A DNA stretch of 58,480 nt, the filler included, from Sphacelaria rigidula (taxonomy: Eukaryota), in the NCBI GenBank assembly GCA_964200075.2. It is 6 parts of 6 records of this genome, joined end to end, with 100 filler letters (N's around TTAATTAATTAA, not from the genome) between each part and the next. Parts side by side here need not be neighbours in the genome. Positions count along the whole stretch, not along the records: positions 1 to 9,665 come from CAXNAA020008003.1; positions 9,766 to 19,429 come from CAXNAA020008004.1; 4 more parts are not named here. One strand, 5' to 3'. The notes below the pieces were generated by a model, which did not search any database, had not been told where the DNA came from, and was given only the letters and a program-made list of their open reading frames with translations. Of the stretch, positions 1 to 12,119 are shown piece after piece; position 1 is the stretch's first letter, and every line of letters starts with the position of its first letter. The translations under genes were made by a program, and so were the position numbers.

Positions 1-75
1 CTTGGATGAGATAAGGGGCTCCTAACAATTCTAATCTCAGAAATTATTTCTCTACCCCTACCGTAGCATCACTCA

Positions 76-1390
76 CCAGATATCGTGCACCAGACGTTTG
101 AGGCGAAATCACTCGTGGAGTATGCCTACACAACTACCAACCTCTCTAGCTGTCCAGTGGGGGAGAAAACCGAAAGAATCCCAAACACTTTCAATGAGAC
201 CATGAGTCTCCCCGAAAAGGAGCAATGGAAGGCGGCATTAGATAAGGAGATGGATAGCCTAAGAAGGAACAACGTGTATACTCTAGTGTCGTCAAGCTCC
301 GTCCCAACCGGACACAGGTTAACCGGGTCCCGATGGGTGTACAAGAAGAAAGCGGATTTCTCGCGCAAGACCCGAGTCGTCGTGCAGGGTTGGGGACAAG
401 TCCCTGGCGTCGACTGTGGCAGCACTTTCCCACCGGTCTGCAGGATCCAAAGAACCCGCATGGTATTAGCTGTAGCGGCGGAGTATGACTTGGAGTGTTG
501 GCGATTGGATTATAACACCGCCTTTCTGAACGCCGAACTCAAGGAAGAAGTTTACGTCAAAATGGCGCCGGGATACGAGGCGTTTGACGCCAATGGAACT
601 CCGATGGTAATGCAGCTCTACAAAAGTCTCTATGGCCTCCGTCAAAGTCCAAATTGCTGGTGGGGAACGGTCGACACACACCTGGCGGAGATTGGATTCA
701 AGAGCCTTAAGTCGGACCCTTGCGTGTGCATATACCACGAGAGCGGCAACGTCTACATTTTGACTTTTTACGTCGATGACGTCCTACTTACTGCTTGGGA
801 AAGATGTCAAAGTGCTCGGAAGGATCAAGCATAAACTGATGGGACGTTTCTCGATGACGGGCATGGGGGACGTATCGTTAGTGCTGTGAATGGAGGTTGT
901 TCGTGATCGCGTTAGGAAGACAGTCATCATCAGCCAGAAAAGTCACACCAAGTCCCTCCTGGAACGATACGGGATGGCGAATTGCAACCCAGTATACACT
1001 CCTGGTGTGGGACAAGAACTGTCACTGGACCAGCCGAGGGAGAAAGCTTTGAACGAGGAGGACAAAAAGCGTTTCCAGGCCATTACGGGCAGTGTGATGT
1101 ATCTCGCTCGCGTTACACGCTACGACATTGGGTACGCCGTGAATCAACTAGCGCGGGCGATGTCCAATCCGTCCAAGGCGCATATGGCAGCTGAAAAACA
1201 CTTACTTTGATATTTGGCCTGTTCTACAGATCATGTCACAACCTACAACCAGGGTGGTTTCCAATTGACGGCGTTCTCAGATGCGAACTGGGGTAACAAC
1301 TTAGACAACGGGAAATCCCCATTATCATATCTTATGTTTCTCTCGAATGGCCCCATCAGTTTCAGGGTAGGACTACAAAGACTCACCGCG
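76..1390 (+). mobile_element. Ty1/copia LTR retrotransposon pol remnant (reverse transcriptase plus start of RNase H), pseudogenised
   Basis: Copia RT motifs: WKAALDKEMDSL, RWVYKKK, QVPGVDCGSTF, DYNTAFLNA, KSLYGLRQS and YVDD (769-780). RNase H starts at AFSDANWG. There is a frameshift near 790, in-frame TGA stops at 887-889 and 1208-1210, and homology ends abruptly after GLQRLTA. Confidence 0.95.
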
Positions 1391-1458
1391 ACTACGAGTA
1401 CGTATTTGTATTAACGGGGAGTGTGAAGCGTTAAGAGTAATACTGCGTTCACGGGGGG

Positions 1459-1680
1459 TGTTAGAAAATGAGGCTGTGGAGCCATGCTCTTCAGCGCTTC
1501 GTATGGTATTGGCTTTATGTATGTAGTGTTGGGATCGCAGATACCGGTCACGAAGGGTTGGTCTGATGTGGGGGTGAATAATGTGGGATGGCAGCTGTTA
1601 TACTTGAAGCACTCTTCTCTTTGACCGTGTACCCCGGTGGGTTGTTTGTATTGTCTTGCCCACAAGCGACACCTTGAACA
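1459..1680 (+). repeat. Probable 3' LTR of the copia element
   Basis: Follows a polypurine tract (acgggggg, 1451-1458). Starts TGTT and ends AACA (TG...CA termini). The 5' LTR is off the contig, so this cannot be confirmed. Confidence 0.6.
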
Positions 1681-1805
1681 CTATCTTCTGTCTACACTCC
1701 GAAGCAGCCTGTCCGCTTGCTTGGCTTAACGGCCATTGCGCCAACTTTAGCGACCACGACAAAGAGGTTTCGAGTGAATCCTTTGACATATGGTAGTGAT
1801 CTAAC

Positions 1806-4560
1806 CGTTGCGAGCGTGGTGCAGAGGGGTTCGTCCATGCTGTAATCTGGAGCACGCGCTGGCTGCGTAAACACCTCGGAACAGAAGCTTTCGACAATGA
1901 ATTCCGATGTGACGAGGTCACACGTTACCACCTGGGGCGACATATGAACCCACGAAGAACAAGGGTGCTCCATGATCAACCACTTGTCGTTGCATTTGAC
2001 ACCCACGCCATCAACCGCCAACTTCAAAGGTCTTGTGGCTTTCAAGCAACGCTGGCGGCAGTACGGCAGGCAAACCCGATCATAGCTAGCTTTCATCGCT
2101 CTACTGGACTGACTGGCGTCTGCATAGAGGTCGCAATCTCTATAAAACAACACAATTCGCTTTTTTTAACTACATGAACATGATTAAAATGACTCTTGTG
2201 GTCTGAGGGAAAGTGGCCGCTTTGGGTCCGTCCACACGTGCGAAGATACTGTAAAGCAGCAATACCAAAGTTTTCTGACATGCGAATACCGCAATCAGTA
2301 CAGAATGGAACAGAAATTGACGGTTCAACGTTCTTATTAGAAAACAGCGGGCATCAAGCGGTTTGCAGTTTTGAAAACGCGGAATTTCATAGAGGAGAAC
2401 CTATATGTTTCCCCGCGAGTGTTACGTGCGATTGTAGAATCTCTGCCGTCCTCCTTGTATACCTGGCGGGAGGACAGGGAAGTCGCAGTTCCTTTTCAAT
2501 CATATGAAGACGAGTGATGCTGCGATAGGGTCTGCACCTTTGAGGCCAAAACCGGCCTTGGAGCCACGAGAGTAATGTTCCATCGAGAACATTGTGATCT
2601 CCGCCCGAACCTCAGACTGGAATTATCTCATGGGTCATGGATGCATGTTCCATCCTGAGGCTTTAAGAACTGTGGTGAGAGTCAAAGGTGATTCGACATG
2701 CCTGAATCCCGATTTCCTCTCAGGCTGCAAAAGCGCAGACCCTATCGCAGCATCACTCAGACGTAGTTTAGAAAATCCAACTGTTTTGTTTCTATAGCTG
2801 TTCCGAAATTCGGTACATAACATGTTGTTACGGTGGGTGACCTTTCTGCAGACGGGAATCAGTGGAGTAGAGCAACAAAAGCTCAAGATTGCAGCATTGA
2901 CGCACCCCTCTACACCACCATAGCAACAGTTAGGTCACCACCATATGGATCTTTTTTCACTCTGCAAGTCAAGAAGGTCTCCACAAGTGTTTGATCTCTC
3001 ACACGCACACACTCCAACTGCCCTGTGACAGACTCTTGTGGTCGGGCACCTAGATGGTCACATATGTCATGTCGGGTAAAATAAACGATGAATAACACGT
3101 CCCAAGTTCCAACTGGATCTGTTATTATTGCCTCAGTGCACTGTCCTTGCTGGCATGTTGTGTGTAACAGAGAACAGTAGTAGCGATGAAGGGAACATCG
3201 CTCTGTTTTCCAACGACACGTTTTTCAGCGCACAGAGGCGCGTCTGTCCAAAACTAGAGGTTGAGAGAAATCGATCTTCGCATTGGTGAGCTCCATAGAC
3301 AAGAAGTGACGAAATCTCTCCGCACCTCACTGTTTATTGGGGGGCTGTGCGCACCAACATAATAACATGCCTACCGGCACATGAGAAACTGGACACATGC
3401 TGGTAACATCCATGATGCCAGTCTCTCGAACGATTGATAATCGCCGAGCGAGGACACACAAACGACACGGGTGAGGAGATTCCTCTCTGTTGCTGCTTCT
3501 CTCTCGGGTGATATCGTCATCGACACGCGTGTACATCGCATTTATTCGGTGCACGTAGCCACAACTGATTCACTGCTGCAGAGTTTTGGGGGAAATATGG
3601 TTTCGCTCTGTGTACCTGTTTCGCGTCACCCCTGCGAAAACAATATGCCACTTGAACCTCATTTCTGAGATCGACCCCATTTCCCAGGATCCACTGTTAT
3701 ATACATACGTCAGAATCATTCGGGAAACTGGGAAAGCTGTGGTGTGGGCAACTTTAGTCGCTTTAACGTGGCCCTGCTCGTATTGCAAAACGAAAGCATT
3801 TGCGGATCTTTTATTTTTGTTGAGGTTGAGCAGGTGTGGCTAGGTGTACCCAATAAATGCGGTGTACACGTGTTGACGACGATACCATCTGAAGAGAGAT
3901 GGCGGGGGGGGAACTCCACGCCCGTGTCCTTTGCGTGCCCTCGTTCAGCAACTCCCAACCGCTGGAGAGATCGATACCCTCCTCTTACCAGCACATACCC
4001 GATTTGACATCGTCGGCACCAGTACGCCAGACGGTTTGCTGCTCAGCCCCCGAAAGGAGGTCCGGTTGCCCATGGTTGCCGCATCGTGACCGATAAAGTC
4101 GTCTCCTGTCTGTGGCGCTGACCAAAGCAAATATCGGTTTCTCTCTACCTCTCTATTTGGACAGGACGTGCCTCTGTGTGCCACAGAACAAGTCGTCGAG
4201 ACGCAGGGTGACGTTTCCTTCACCGCCACTGTGCTCTCTCTCACACACGTACCGGCAAGGGAGGTTACTCCAAGATCTTAAGGCATGTCGGGAGGTGTTA
4301 TTATCGTCGTTGATGTTGCTCAACATTTGACACAAGGACAAAAGTCTTGATCCTAGTTGGGGTGATGTATGAGAGATCGAACACTCATCGAGACCTTCTT
4401 GGTATGCGGAGTGAAGAATACCTCTGGCGGTGACTTCGCTGTTATCGACGTGATCCATACAGGGCCTGGTATACTGTAATCTACGAGCTTATCTGATGTA
4501 CAACCGGTCGCGTGCGCAGGGGTGTATGTGTGGCTTCCTCCAAAATTCGGCTCCGAGGAC
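1806..4560 (-). CDS. Possible multi-exon host gene fragment, product unknown
   Basis: Several short AG...GT-bounded open segments, some joining in phase. Examples: 2076-2139 to 1806-1931 gives DCDLYADASQSSRAMKASYDR|VVTCDLVTSEFIVESF; a second pair near 3450-3775 gives GHVKATKVAHTTAFPVSRMILT|CGYVHRINAMY. I could not build one consistent model. Confidence 0.3.
2512..2758. mobile_element. MITE with 24-bp perfect TIRs and 4-bp TSD (Sola-like termini)
   Basis: GAGTGATGCTGCGATAGGGTCTGC at 2512-2535 and its exact reverse complement at 2735-2758. AGAC flanks both sides. Confidence 0.85.
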
Positions 4561-4784
4561 CTGATCACAAGCTTAGCCGGGATGTGGTCTCACTATGAAC
4601 AAGGGTGTTCAGTTATTAGTCACTTGCTATTTTTTTGTGACCCACACCGTCAAGCGCCGACGAGGAAGGTATTTCCTGAGATTACCTTTCGAGAAGCGTA
4701 TTATTTATTTAATAGTTTTTTTAACCACAATTTTCAGGACCCGTTGGTATCTTCTCTTCTCGACATTGTTATGACACTCCATAA

Positions 4785-5142
4785 CAGGGGATTCTATAAA
4801 TGAGGTTGATCAATGAAATGAGGTTTGAGGAGGCTAGCCAGTATGCAACACAAACCCGAGGGAAGTACCGTCCGCAAGTGCCTTCGATCATTTTCAGGGG
4901 GGTGTGGCGTACTCATTTGTTGACCGTCGATCACACCCCGTCTCGAAAGGTTAATGGTCAAGCGACTAAGGCAAGCAACAAATGAGTACGCCTCGCCCCC
5001 CCCAAGACATGCATGATCATGAGTACATCACCGAAGATGACCGAAGGCACTTGCGGACGGTCCCTCGGGTTTTTGTCGCATACTGGTTAGCCTCCTCAAC
5101 CCTCATTTCATTGATCAACCTCATTCTATAGAATCCCCTGTT
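4785..5142. mobile_element. Foldback/MITE with ~110-bp inverted arms and an inner mini inverted repeat
   Basis: Arms at about 4785-4895 and 5030-5142 (seen as the mirror ORFs MRLINEMRFEEA / MRLINEMRVEEA). Inner IR ggcgtactcatttgttg / caacaaatgagtacgcc. A related single arm lies at about 45406-45500. Confidence 0.8.
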
Positions 5143-5399
5143 CCATGATGCCCAACGCCTACGCAAAGGGGGAAGTGCAGTATTTGTCTGTGCCGTGTGT
5201 ACTATGTTCTGGTGGGTCGGAATTTTGACGCAGGGAAAATCATAAAGCCTGTATAACGAGTTCATAACGGGCCGAAAGCCGCATGGTGTTGTACAACCGT
5301 GCAACCTTCGTCTTGGGTACGGAATCTCACCGGGGTGTTATATATCCATCGATGACATTCACCTGGGCCATAAATATTCGTCGGTGATGTATATGTCGG

Positions 5400-5880
5400 A
5401 TTTTGTACCCATCTGGGATGCCTGACTGGGAGCTTATCCGTCTGAGATGCACATGTAGGATATGGGTGTATCTGCCCGAGATAAGGGCGTCCATCTGGGA
5501 TCCGGATGTCCCAGAGTTTTCGAAAGGAAGTCCAAGATGGGCGTCCCACATGGATAGCCGTATCCTTTACATAAACCCATCTCCCAGATGGGGATATCCA
5601 TATCTCAGAAGGACATCCATATCTCAGAAAGACATCCATATCTCAGAGATGGGTATCAGTACCCCAGAAGGATGTTCATACCCCATGGAGACATATATAT
5701 CTCAGAAAAATATACACATCCTACTCGTCTCTCTATTCCATATGAACATGCCAGATGGATATCATGCCCCCGATGAGTGTCCCAGATGGATGTCATATCC
5801 CCGAGCAACATCTCAGATGGATGTACCCATGTATTCTAGGCTGATGTCAATATCCCAGATATACCTTGGTACCCAGACTG
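5400..5880. repeat. Degenerate minisatellite / quasi-palindromic repeat block
   Basis: A 19-bp unit atccatatctcagaaRgac occurs three times at about 5596-5650. Many atctgggat / cccagat and tctgagat / atctcaga motifs occur in both orientations. Confidence 0.7.
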
Positions 5881-7508
5881 AATGATTGTGCAATCTTGCA
5901 AGGTTTGTGTTACAGCAGAAAAAGTGACGAATATTTATCAGAGAAAAAGCCACGAACGAAAACCCATACATAATATGGTGGTTTGACATACGTGGACTCA
6001 AATGGACTGCTTCACGGCCAAACGGTTGCATTTCCACAGGTTAGGTGGAAACCTGTACTGTACCGTTCGTTTCTATACTCTACGTCACGGTACCAGTCAG
6101 TATCTTCTACATCCCTTCGAAATCTCACAAACATTCGAAAATGGGAGTTTACGTGTCAGGTCGCACGTGATCATCTAGCCTATTGTGGACACAAATTCAA
6201 TAAAAGAGATCGATTACGACAGCTCGAAATGTCGGTTTGGGAGAAATGATCACCTCACGTTTCAACGAAACGACCCACGCATTAGACGATTTCGCTAATT
6301 TGGTACTTGAGTGCATATACACATCAAGATAACATGAGCATGAATTCATAGGCGTTGCAATCTACCGCGCGAATCTTTCATCTTTCAGCATACAAGCAAG
6401 AACCATGCTAACGATTCCACACTTCCCCCATCTATCACTTTGTCAACGAGTCTACAGTAGTAGGGCTTTCAGTGCTGTGAGGTTTACTAGCGGCGTGATC
6501 CACAACCTCGTGTAGACCGCGGTGGGTAGTCAGTACAAGGGACAGCAAAACTCTTGGAAACGAGAAGACCGCGTCTTCGGCGAAAAACCTCGGGTTCGTG
6601 ACGAAGAGGGGCATAGCAGTAGAAGTGGTGACCATGGGATGTTGCCTGACACTCTCGACCTCAAAATATCTCACACCGTGGACAATACAATACATATGTA
6701 ATGTACATTCCCCGCTCAATATGTCGACGCGTCGGGTGGTTCATATACACTGGACGAGCAATACGATGACACGAGAGACAAGTATATACGAAGTATATAT
6801 ATATATATTGTGTCATCGATATGTCCAGGCTCTTGACATGCAATATATGTATGTATATATATATTTCGACCGAACAATATATCACGACACTCGTCACTTC
6901 AATACAAGTTCGCCGAGTCATATGTCGGTGCGGTAAGGCGCCGAAATATATTTGTCGAGTTATAAATTGACCACCACACGAGATCGATATATATTGAAGA
7001 TTCATGGTACCCAACACTCGAGGCGTCAAAGTGTTTTGCCGCCCCAAAATGGCTGGCGGCAATACGTCCAATATATATTATTGAGTGAACAATACACGAG
7101 GGAATCGACCGCCACAATATATATATATATATATTGGTGGAGCAATATCTATTGATGTTCCTCTATGTATATTCAAAAGTGTATAGGAATTAGTATAGTG
7201 GGCAGTTTATTTTCGCGGGCGCCAGTGGAAAATGTATCGTCAGCTGCCGTACACTCTCATATATTCCTCCGCGAGCGTGTCCAATATGTATTGGCTGCAC
7301 ACTGGCTATGCGATGAGCGTGCGTAGTACATGTTGGAAACACAATACTTTGGAATGTTTTATGTTCAACATTTATTATGGCAACTACCAACCTGGGCCTA
7401 AATATAAGCAAAACCGAAATATAAGCCTGATATGGATGGACCGCCCTAGAATGACTGTAGAGCAATTCTACGAGTGTAGAAGTGTTGCCCTCAAGCATGC
7501 GGTTTTTG

Positions 7509-7583
7509 CTCGTTTTTGCTGCCCTTGAGGAGCTCCTCGATCAACGCGCGTCTCTCCTTTTCATTGAGATTCTTCCTGGACAC
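7509..7583 (-). pseudogene. Possible fragment of a mariner-type (plant/oomycete DD39D-like) transposase N-terminus
   Basis: Translates to VSRKNLNEKERRALIEELLKGSKNE, which resembles the N-terminal helix of those transposases. Recognised from memory only, and the fragment is short. Confidence 0.4.
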
Positions 7584-9260
7584 CTACTCAGCAGTACCTC
7601 CAGCAATGGACATGGTCTTCAGCAGACGGGAAGGCGTTCTCACGATGATTGCAGCACGAGAGATTTGACTACCCCTGCTTCGAGTGCTGTTGTCGCGTGC
7701 AAGACTGTGCCTTTTGTGAAAAAGCAACGGCCTTCACAGTTCCGCGAGAACGCCAGGAACACGATGAAAAAACCGATCGATCAAAATGTCGAAGTTGCCA
7801 GAGTTGTTGTGCCGCATGTCCAAATCGTGCTTACATTTCGGCCCAGACTGGTATATGTTACGCATTGCTTCGACTCAATATATAGTAACACTTCATGAAC
7901 AATGTACATTGAATATTTTGTTTCCGGAGTAAATGTACGTCCAATATATATTATTGTCACGCATTAGCTTATATGTGTGGCGTTGTTTCAATGTCTCCGA
8001 GGACATCTCAGCACAACAATACGTACTAAAAGGACAACCTTTGCGCTGTGTGATCAAGCTTAGAGGCCTTGCAAAATATTAGGACATGCGGGTCTGTTCG
8101 TACACGCTGGGTTCCGTGACGCGTTGCACCGCTCTTGCTATTGCCATTATGGCGATATGATACGGAATGGAGCCAGGCGACTTCCCACCTTGATCACTTG
8201 TTGGCTCGCCTTGCTCGCTTGCCTGTTTACTTCTACTACCCTGGCACCATCGCCACGCTCTGCTCCTATGGGGTTCTGAGTTAGAAAGCTGCTTGTAAGT
8301 ATAGTATATGCTATCAACATGTGAGTCTCCAATCTTCCAGCAGTTTACATCAGAACTTACTCGTGGTTGCATGATCGATGAGCTAGATCTGTGCGATGTG
8401 CCCACGTGGGAGCTTGGTTGGCTGGAACTATGGTATCTCTTGGCTCTCGTACTGAGAGACCCCAGCCAATGCATCCGCCTACTCCATCTATATCACAGCT
8501 GCACCCAAAAAGCGTATTGGTATCATACGGTAGCATATTGTATTGTCGAGGGTATAAGCAACACAACACAGGCGACCAGGAGGGTACCAAAAGGCGCATA
8601 TCGACGAAAGGTTTTTGCCATCGTACTGTTTAGCCAAGATATACAACATATCGTAAAGGAGATGGGCAGGCAGCATCGTACCGGTGGCCAGATACATATC
8701 AGAAGGCATATATACCGCCCCCCCCCCTTCTGTCACCATATCTTCCGGCCAATATGTTCATCACACTCATACGATGACTCTCCCCAGTCATGCTCGCGAA
8801 CTTTTGTGGCTTCCTTTTAAGCTTTTCCCAATCTACACGGGCCCCGGCATTCATCGCGTTTGGATTTTGTTTCAAGTGCGCACCACACTGATGATACCGC
8901 ACGGCTTTCGAGATTGCCGAGACGTTTGACGAAAAAACGCTGTTACTCTGAGTTGGTAGTGATGATATGGACAATGACTAAGGGGACGGAGATTCTGGGG
9001 GGTTCTGGATAATGACCGGGGATACCGATATGGTATCTGTAGGTTTAGCTGGTGCCCTGGAAGGTCACTTCTGAATAATGAGATGTTGTAAAGGCTGATA
9101 ACTGAAACTAAGGCCAGTAAGACTGGGGAGTCCCTCAACAGCAGTGATCCAACAGTGCCTCCACTGGTTGGCGTCACAATATCAGTATTAAAGACGGGAT
9201 CTTACAAATTGGGGATGGATCTTTTATTGGGGATGGGAAATCCGGAGAACTAAAACCTCC

Positions 9261-9566
9261 GTATCCATACCAATTTTTTTTTAAATATGGTTCCATTTCT
9301 TCACTTACTGATAGATATTGACAACTGCTACGCACCATACTAATTTGGATTTCGATCACCGAAATATTGGGGTCCTAGGTGAAAAACCATTTTGGGGGAA
9401 TTTCGGGTGTCCGCACGGACGGCAAAAGGGTTCCGAATTTTTTTTATCACCTAGGACCCCAATATTTCGGTGATTGAAATCCAAATTTGTATGGCGTGTA
9501 GCAGTTGTCAATAGCTATCAGTAGGGAAAGAAATGGGACCATATTCCGAATATCTGGTGTGGATAC
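9261..9566. repeat. Long inverted repeat (foldback): ~120-bp arms, ~64-bp spacer
   Basis: 9261-9382 pairs with 9447-9566, including the perfect core tcaccgaaatattggggtcctaggtga. A diverged single arm lies at about 31150-31330. Confidence 0.85.
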
Positions 9567-9665
9567 AACAACAAATTGTGCGAATTGAGGTTTATAGCCT
9601 CTGCCAGACGATCTGGCCAAGAGGGCTATTCAATGAGGGACTTCTCCAGAATCCACTGGCCTCAC

Positions 9666-9765
9666 NNNNNNNNNNNNNNNNNNNNNNNNNNNNNNNNNNN
9701 NNNNNNNNNTTAATTAATTAANNNNNNNNNNNNNNNNNNNNNNNNNNNNNNNNNNNNNNNNNNNN
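9666..9765. other. Artificial contig spacer
   Basis: N44-TTAATTAATTAA-N44, with stops in all six frames. Confidence 0.99.
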
Positions 9766-9871
9766 CTTTTTCACCTTTCCCCTTCTTTTTTTCTTTTCTC
9801 CTTCCCCCCCCCTCCCTCCCTCTTTGCATCCCTCGTTGCCTCCCCTCTCTTTTTTTTTTTATTCTTCCAAG

Positions 9872-10064
9872 GAAATGTGGCGTGTGACGAGGAAGGCGGC
9901 GGTCGTTTAATATTCTACGATTTCGGAATGATGGACGAATTCCAACCGTCTGTGCGCTCAGGCTTCCTCAATCTCATATTTTCGACCTACGATAACGACC
10001 CCCGTGCTTGCTGCGACGCGCTAGAGGAGATGGGCATTTTGAAGTCTGGTGCAGATAGGATAAG
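9872..10064 (+). CDS. ABC1/UbiB-family atypical kinase (ABC1K7/8-like), internal exon
   Basis: Polypyrimidine tract plus AG, then (G)NVACDEEGGGRLIFYDFGMM...ADRI with a GT donor. Continues the HxDPHPGN...DFG kinase motif of ABC1 proteins. Confidence 0.9.
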
Positions 10065-10264
10065 GTGATGAGTCAAAGTTTGCTTGAGTGAATGAAAAAT
10101 AGTACCGATCAGTGAGTGGAGCTACTGTAGTAGAGACAGGGATTCTGAAGGCGAGGTGCAGACGGGAAAGATCTTGAACTTTCCTACAACGAGAGGAAGT
10201 TGGTCTTGAAAAAATTGACCTTCATGGTAGCAGAGGTTGGAAACATGGTAAGACTCTGCCGCAT

Positions 10265-10700
10265 TTGATTGACTGATTGATTGTCGTACTTTAACTGACC
10301 CGCCCAGGAGTCATGGTCCAATCGTGGTCACTATCCACATGATAGACGTACCCGAGACAAAGCAAAGCTGAAGCCGTCGCTGAAAAAAAAACAACGAAGG
10401 AAGAAAAGGTAGAACAGACCAACAGAGTAGACCAAGAGAAGAAAAAATGGAAAATATTCCTGCATGATACGCCCTTCTACATGGAGCCCGTCCTTCGGCA
10501 GACGTGACTCTCAGCTCGAACTCAGGGCGGCAACGACGAATCTTCCAGGTTGATCGCCAACCACTGGCGTTCAGTGTAATATAGTAATCGATTGATTGAT
10601 CGATTGATTGTCGCACTTCAAGTGACCCCCCAGGGGTCATGATCCAGCCGTGGTCATTATCCACATGATAGACGTACCCAAGACTAAACAGAACTGAAAC
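10265..10700 (-). repeat. Two copies of a (CAAT)n-tailed retroposon 3' end (family A)
   Basis: Shared core gtggtca(c/t)tatccacatgatagacgtaccc next to (attg)n at about 10265-10360 and 10590-10700. Other copies at about 24930-25003 (+) and 49108-49225 (-). Confidence 0.75.
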
Positions 10701-11116
10701 ACTCACTGAAGAAACAACAGAAGGAACAGAAAAAAAGTCGAACAGAACGACAGAGTTATTATTAATTATTATTATATCATAAAATAATAAATAATGATAA
10801 TATATGTGACTGATGCCACAATAGCTCCCCCGCCCCCGGAAAAGTGGCTGGCTTGGGGAGGCAAAATCTTCGTGTAAATCAAAATGACAGACACCCAGCA
10901 CACCGTTCAGCTGGGAGCTTCCACGCTCGGGATCGTTTTCGCCGATATAAGGCGCTTCGTGCGTACGTATAAAGCAGTTATCTTGCGCGATGCGGCCATT
11001 CTCTTTGTGACAGTTTTGGGCCTGATTCGGAGGGGGGCAATCGCGGCGTCCCTCGTGTTTTCGAGGAGAGATGTGCCAACGGAAACGATTTTCTGACGAG
11101 ATTCTCCTTGAGGTAG

Positions 11117-11379
11117 TTTACGGTTGGGACGAATCATCACGACTACAATTCACCAAATTCACGATTTCTTCGGCCTAATTGCAAAAAAAGAGGAAAAAAA
11201 AGTTGACCGCTGGTCCAAGGGGTATCCACGCAACGTTTGCGCCATTCCACGTGTCTGGAGTGCGTGTATCTGGGTTGCAACGCTGAAAACAAATCCTAGG
11301 GATTGATTCGTATGATTCGAATCTATTATACTAAAACCAAGTAATTTCCAGACGAATAATCATTTGTCCGACCCTTGAA
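11117..11379. mobile_element. MITE, ~260 bp (TTCACGG-terminus family)
   Basis: Colinear with 20800-21060, with degenerate TIRs. A third, truncated copy lies at about 38889-38956. Confidence 0.75.
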
Positions 11380-12028
11380 GCAGTTGCTGGCGCTTGTGCC
11401 CCCTTTATCAGGCTGCTGCCAGCCGCCTGGAGGAAGGGTAAGTCGGAGCGACCGCCTTTTGCCATTGCTGCATATTGCAGTCGTAGCTTTCTCTCGGTTC
11501 CCCTGATCTCCCCTGATCTCCCAGCTGTTCGTCGGCGTTGTTATTTGCCATGCCCCGTTGATGCTATCTTGTGTGTGTGTGTGTGTTCTGCTGCGCTTTG
11601 CTTTGCTGTGTCATGTTTTCTCATGGTTTGACCGTTTCGGTTACTGTTGCGTCTATTGCAATAGACAACAGCTTCCGTACTGCACGCAGTGCACTTTGTG
11701 TCAATGCAATCTATCGTCGTTATCCAGGGTGTGGGATTCCTGGGAACCCGTCATCTTATAAAATATAATGACTCATGTAATATAGTGAGAGCACGCCATG
11801 GTTAGCATTGTAATGAGCGAAGGTTATCCCAGATCAATTTTATTACCGGGAATGCCCTGGCCCATAGTCTCGTGTAGCTCGATATTCCAGAACCCCCCAA
11901 GGAGAAGTAGCTGGGCCTCTAATGTGAAACTCATTCTGTGGCATGACTCCTATTTCGTTCTACTCTGTCCTGTCCTCTTCCGCTTTTTTGCGTTCTGTCT
12001 AACGCGTGCGATGATGGCCTTGAGTCAG

Positions 12029-12119
12029 CGTGGAGAGGGTCGCGCGATCTTTCTTGTCGGAGTTTACAAGCACGCTTCAGAAGGGAACAGACGCGAAGTG
12101 GACGTCAGAGCTGAGCAAG
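12029..12119 (+). CDS. ABC1/UbiB kinase, internal exon (this reading frame is absent from the ORF track)
   Basis: cag|C GTG GAG AGG... gives (S)VERVARSFLSEFTSTLQKGTDAKWTSELSK|gt. Phase 2 in and phase 0 out, exactly bridging the neighbouring exons. Confidence 0.85.

Noticed and set aside
5596..5650. 19-bp direct repeats as a CRISPR-like array
   Set aside because: The units are contiguous with no unique spacers, the context is eukaryotic, and there are no cas genes.
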